Shown piece by piece: positions 60,233 through 64,000 of a stretch of 64,000 nucleotides of DNA. The stretch is from positions 7,066-71,065 of the forward strand of contig VRVR01000003.1 in assembly GCA_009859145.1 (NCBI GenBank), written 5' to 3'. Under the pieces are notes generated by a model. The model saw only the letters and a program-made list of their open reading frames with translations, ran no database searches and had not been told where the DNA came from. The translations under genes and the position numbers were made by a program. This DNA is from Andalucia godoyi And28. Its lineage: Eukaryota > Protista > Jakobida. The number at the start of each line of letters is the position of its first letter. Position 1 is the first letter of the stretch.

Positions 60233-62830
60233 TTATTCTGAGTCCGCTTGGTCGTCATCGTCTGTATCGTCTCTTCGGTTGCGCTTGCGGGTGTCGGACC
60301 GCGGGTCCTTGAGGTCCACCAGTCGTACTGTATAGGGATTGCCGTTAAGCGTCATCTGAATTTCCTCGGCGTTGTCCCAGGACTGATCCAGCGCGCCGTC
60401 AACCACTGCGTCGAATGCGGCAGGATCTTTCAATTTCCAAAATGTGCTGTTTCGAGGGATCAGTGCACCGCGGCAGCCGCAGCTCATGTAAGATGCAATG
60501 AGATGAGAACACGGCAACCCACGGCTGACCGGGGCGCCGCATGTGCAGGAAAGATCATGGTCTCGCGTGTCCACAGTCCAATTCAAATCGCCAGCAACGT
60601 CCAATTCCTCTCTGCGCTGTGGAATCCGTGTCGTCCGGGACATGATGGCATCCGACTGAAGCCGTGGACGAACAGAAAATGTACAGATTCGACACATTGG
60701 AGACAAGTCGTCAATAGCTGTGCAGTCTGCAACGAGAAACGACGCATCCATCTCTTCTCTGCTTGTTTCGTACAACGCAAACGGCGACAACCCTGCATCA
60801 CGAATCGAAGAAACGACAAATGAAAATTCCTGATGCGGCCAAGAGCACGACGACAGTCGAGAGGCCACGCCAAACGCTGGGTGGATTTGCGATACTGATT
60901 CGTTATTTGAAAACCCGACAGCCACGTCTTCACAACGCAGGATGCTTTTGAACAGGGATGGCACCTGCGTCAGTCGTTGCAGCTCGTTCTCAATGGCCAA
61001 AGACAGTCGATTGACGCGCAATGCAGAGTCTAGCCCAGCAGTAAACTGATCGGCAAAAAAACAAGAAACCCAGAAACTGCGGACTTCAAAGAGGGTTCGC
61101 AGTGTTTCAGACAGTTCTGCAACCGCGGATGCCGACACAAACTCTCGCGTCTGCACTTTTGCACTCCAGTCACTCCAGAGTGTTTCAAACTGCAGGACAG
61201 ACTCTGAGCATCGGCAAATGGCATCGAGCTCATCCATCATCAACACTGCATCCCGTTCGGAAGACAGTGCAGCTTTTGCACGGTCAAACACGAACCGCTT
61301 CAAAACAGAGGAGCTGAGCATGAACTGTGAATTCGGCCAGTAGGTCGCAGCAGCTGCCTGCACCACGCCATGGATCCGCAAAGCACTGCTGGCCACCGAA
61401 ACATCTGGATCTGCGATCACGAGAGACGGGATGCCCGGCATCAGCGCGGTGAAGACATCGAACAACCACACAAAGGCGTCGACAGAGAGGTCTGCCAACA
61501 GTGCGTATGCCACCGGCACAGTTTGGTGATCTGAATTGATAGTTGTCAGCACCACAAGTTTCATTCCAAATAGCGGCTGCGACATCGAAGAATCGATCAT
61601 CAGCACCTGCTTCCCAAATTCTGAGAACCGAAGGCGCCCGTTCGGCGTCGCCCACATGAGCCGAACAACAGCATTGTCCGGACCCGTAAAGAATGTAAAT
61701 ACAAAATTGGCATTCTTTTTCTGTTCTGCAATGCACAATCGGAGAATCTGCGCAGCTCGACTTCCCTGGTGCCTTTGTTCGGCGAGTCGGTTTTGAATGT
61801 CTTTCGACAAGACGATGTGTTGTCCTTGTTCCTGCAATGTGGCGACAATTTGCCGGAGCGGCGCGCCTTGGTCATGCATTTCCTTTGCCAGCTGGATCTG
61901 CTCCGGCGACAATTTCCGATGTTGTGGAAACAGCGCCGCCTGCTCAGGAGTCGGACTATGTCCCGTATGTTCCAGAAAGCAAGTGCGGATTTCAAATGGC
62001 GTAGTAGCGGTCGTTGGAAAAACAAGAGCCATTGAAAGCTTCTCCATTGCAGTTCCAGCCGATGATAGCCCGGAAGCAGGGCCTACTGCAGCTCCGTGAT
62101 TTCCAGATGCGGAAGTCGGATGCACCGTGGAGCTTCCAGAATTGGCCGCCGCCGTTGTCGCAGACGACGACGACGACGATGAAGAAGGTAGTGGTGGTGG
62201 TGGTGAAGAAGAGGATGATGACAACAAAGATGCGGCAGGTAAGGATGATGAATTTGCAACCGGAACTATCGAGGATGATGCAGGTAGGGATAATGTTGTC
62301 GTTGACGAGGAGGATGGAGATAGAGAAGAACTAGAAGAACTTGGCACAACTGATGATGATGATGATGATGCTGGTGGTGGAGGGGGTGAAGAAGAAGATG
62401 ATGACAGAGGAGCAGAGGACGAAGACGAAGATAAAGATGAAGATGAAGAAGACGGTGGCGCAGTTGGGTTGGAAGGTGCGTCGATACCTGGGCCGTACGG
62501 AATCCCGTTTGCATCTCGAAAGACCGGGACGCAGTAAACATACCACTTGCAGCCACACCGAATAGACGATCTGCGCCGTTTCCTTTCGACACCATCGATT
62601 TCTTTCGGATGACCTCTTGCAGAGCACACGAGCCGCAGCGACTGAACTCCAGCCCCATCCGACGTTTTCCAGTCGAAACCCGGCTGGCGATTCACAACGG
62701 AGCAGTTTTCGCAGCGGAGTCCAAACCCCGTTCGACGCGCCGTGGAAATCAGCTCTTGGACAAGTGCTTGGTACGACGGAAACACCTTTGGAAACTCGGA
62801 ATTAGACACTGGTTGTTGATTCGCCATCAT
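60233..62830 (-). CDS. Mutator (MULE) transposase-derived protein: FAR1/WRKY-GCM1 DNA-binding domain, degenerate DDE core, SWIM zinc finger
   Basis: LVCSARG...SIRCGCKW...LEHTGH; VLMIDSS (D1); VIADPD (D2); CxxH and catalytic E not recognisable; SWIM SCTCGAPVSRGLPCSHL. Intact ORF; no flanking TIRs seen. Confidence 0.85.
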   Translation of the reverse strand: MMANQQPVSNSEFPKVFPSYQALVQELISTARRTGFGLRCENCSVVNRQPGFDWKTSDGAGVQSLRLVCSARGHPKEIDGVERKRRRSSIRCGCKWYVYCVPVFRDANGIPYGPGIDAPSNPTAPPSSSSSSLSSSSSSAPLSSSSSSPPPPPASSSSSSVVPSSSSSSLSPSSSSTTTLSLPASSSIVPVANSSSLPAASLLSSSSSSPPPPLPSSSSSSSSATTAAANSGSSTVHPTSASGNHGAAVGPASGLSSAGTAMEKLSMALVFPTTATTPFEIRTCFLEHTGHSPTPEQAALFPQHRKLSPEQIQLAKEMHDQGAPLRQIVATLQEQGQHIVLSKDIQNRLAEQRHQGSRAAQILRLCIAEQKKNANFVFTFFTGPDNAVVRLMWATPNGRLRFSEFGKQVLMIDSSMSQPLFGMKLVVLTTINSDHQTVPVAYALLADLSVDAFVWLFDVFTALMPGIPSLVIADPDVSVASSALRIHGVVQAAAATYWPNSQFMLSSSVLKRFVFDRAKAALSSERDAVLMMDELDAICRCSESVLQFETLWSDWSAKVQTREFVSASAVAELSETLRTLFEVRSFWVSCFFADQFTAGLDSALRVNRLSLAIENELQRLTQVPSLFKSILRCEDVAVGFSNNESVSQIHPAFGVASRLSSCSWPHQEFSFVVSSIRDAGLSPFALYETSREEMDASFLVADCTAIDDLSPMCRICTFSVRPRLQSDAIMSRTTRIPQRREELDVAGDLNWTVDTRDHDLSCTCGAPVSRGLPCSHLIASYMSCGCRGALIPRNSTFWKLKDPAAFDAVVDGALDQSWDNAEEIQMTLNGNPYTVRLVDLKDPRSDTRKRNRRDDTDDDDQADSE

Positions 62831-63071
62831 TCTTGAGCCCACACACACCACTCTCGCACTCGCATGCAATCTGCAGAACGAGAAACCAAACGGTTGATTG
62901 TTTTGTGTATCAACATTGAATATCAAACAAACAATATCATAACGGAAGTTTTGTTTCTCTAGCCCTATTGGGACGCGATTTTCCCACCGTAGTCAAGTCT
63001 AGGATTCTTGTTTTTCCTTCACTTTCCTATTTCTTTCCTATTTCTTTCTATTCTTCTTTCTGTTTGTTGGT

Positions 63072-63520
63072 GTTTTATAATCGAACCCTCAAGCAGCACC
63101 TTTCATCAAGGACAAAACATCCCATAGCCCCAAAGAGAGGGATCTTCCAAACCAACCTCAAACCGGCCATGTCTGAAGATACCGAGACCAAGAAACCTGT
63201 GGATTCCCTCTCGTTGCACCTTGCTGAGCAAGCGGATGATCAGCAGATCACGAAGATGTGATTGATTGCGTTCAGAATGCGATTTCAAGTCAGAGATCAA
63301 GAAGGAGCAAAGGCAATGGCGTCGTCAGGTGCGATGTGCACCACCGCCGACTACATTCTCTTTTCCTCCAATGTTCATTTTTTTGAATGTTCAATCGACT
63401 GGGGAATGTGTTGGTTGCGATGATCCTTTTGATGTAGAGCTGGTGTTCGCCCTCAATTTTAAAAACGTGTGTCCTTGGATCTGTCTTCGGTGACAGCTTA
63501 GCCGATGATCAAGGCGAGCG
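63072..63520 (+). repeat. Dispersed diverged repeat, copy B (homologous to 36261-36549, with ~200 nt of extra internal sequence)
   Basis: Same collinear blocks and same orientation as copy A. Confidence 0.85.
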
Positions 63521-63628
63521 GTAAATGAAATAAATCTGACGTAAGATTTAATTGAAGAATAAGGAAATGGAAAACCTGCAAAAGCCACTTTTTTTTTTTG
63601 GCCTATCGTCCGACTCGCAAGACAGTCC

Positions 63629-63740
63629 GGCATCAAGGCATCAAGGCATCAAGGCATCAAGGCATCAAGGCATCAAGGCATCAAGGCATCAAGGCATCAA
63701 GGCATCAAGGCATCAAGGCATCAAGGCATCAAGGCATCAA
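63629..63740. repeat. Perfect octamer tandem repeat (GGCATCAA)x14
   Basis: 112 bp, no mismatches, read directly. Confidence 0.97.
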
Positions 63741-64000
63741 TTCGCAAGGCTTCCTTCGACCGTCTTTTTCGCTTTCCTCTTCGAATTCGGCTCAGCATTC
63801 CCCTCGCTCAGCCCTTTTCTTTTGACTAAATAAATATGCACATTTATATATGTATATATGTATATATGTATATATAATTTTAAACCCGTTGTTTTGCTGT
63901 GTGTTTGCTGTTTTGCTGTGTGTGTATAGAGCTGATGAAGATGGGAAAAGATGAAACAAATGTATGCGCTCCTTCTCCCCTTCTTTTCTCTTTTTTGGCG

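Noticed and set aside
63072-63100. GGTTCGA (tRNA T-loop/B-box-like) on the minus strand of repeat copy B
   Set aside because: No cloverleaf or convincing A-box, and the motif is not conserved in copy A (GATTCGA). It is not called as a tRNA or SINE.
60190-63100. The MULE locus as an active autonomous transposon
   Set aside because: No terminal inverted repeats or target-site duplication were found by eye, and the catalytic motifs are degenerate.
63629-63740. Tandem arrays as CRISPR or telomeric repeats (also 4084-4139)
   Set aside because: There are no spacers or cas genes, the context is eukaryotic, and the units do not match known G-rich telomere motifs.

Overview
This is a gene-dense, intron-poor eukaryotic nuclear window from a flagellated protist. 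It encodes Hydin, a dynein light intermediate chain, an ERMES Mdm34-like protein and mitochondrial PCCA. That gene set is compatible with a discoban/jakobid-like or similar free-living flagellate, but the taxon cannot be fixed from the sequence alone. About 23 protein-coding genes lie mostly in alternating divergent/convergent pairs with short AT-rich spacers. In order they are: an NADPH oxidase with an internal SH3 domain, a tandem-PH protein, a BLTP3/UHRF1BP1-like chorein protein with a C-terminal PH domain, PDI (a-a'-D type), a GT61 enzyme resembling plant beta-1,2-xylosyltransferase, an alpha/beta hydrolase, TRIP4/ASC-1, a CsgA-like SDR, single-exon Hydin (12.8 kb), CNOT1, POLD4, a countin-like saposin, EDC4, MED8, a Cys-rich 3-TM receptor-like protein, a GH1 beta-glucosidase, NAF1, PCCA, DLIC, a Nab3/NCOA5-like RRM protein, Mdm34, a LEA-like 11-mer repeat protein and a catalytically degenerate MULE/FAR1-SWIM protein. 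Only two well-supported spliceosomal introns were found (148 and 146 nt). No tRNA, rRNA, snRNA or CRISPR feature was recognised. The most notable observations are: (1) a NOX5-like oxidase without EF-hands that carries an SH3 domain inside its NADPH-binding domain; (2) a probably domesticated Mutator transposase; (3) a diverged dispersed repeat or relic gene present twice, 27 kb apart; (4) a plant-type XylT homolog; (5) BLTP3-PH and Mdm34 lipid-transfer proteins; (6) a receptor-like ectodomain fused to a possible channel-like module. Family assignments rest on motifs I recognise, not on database searches.
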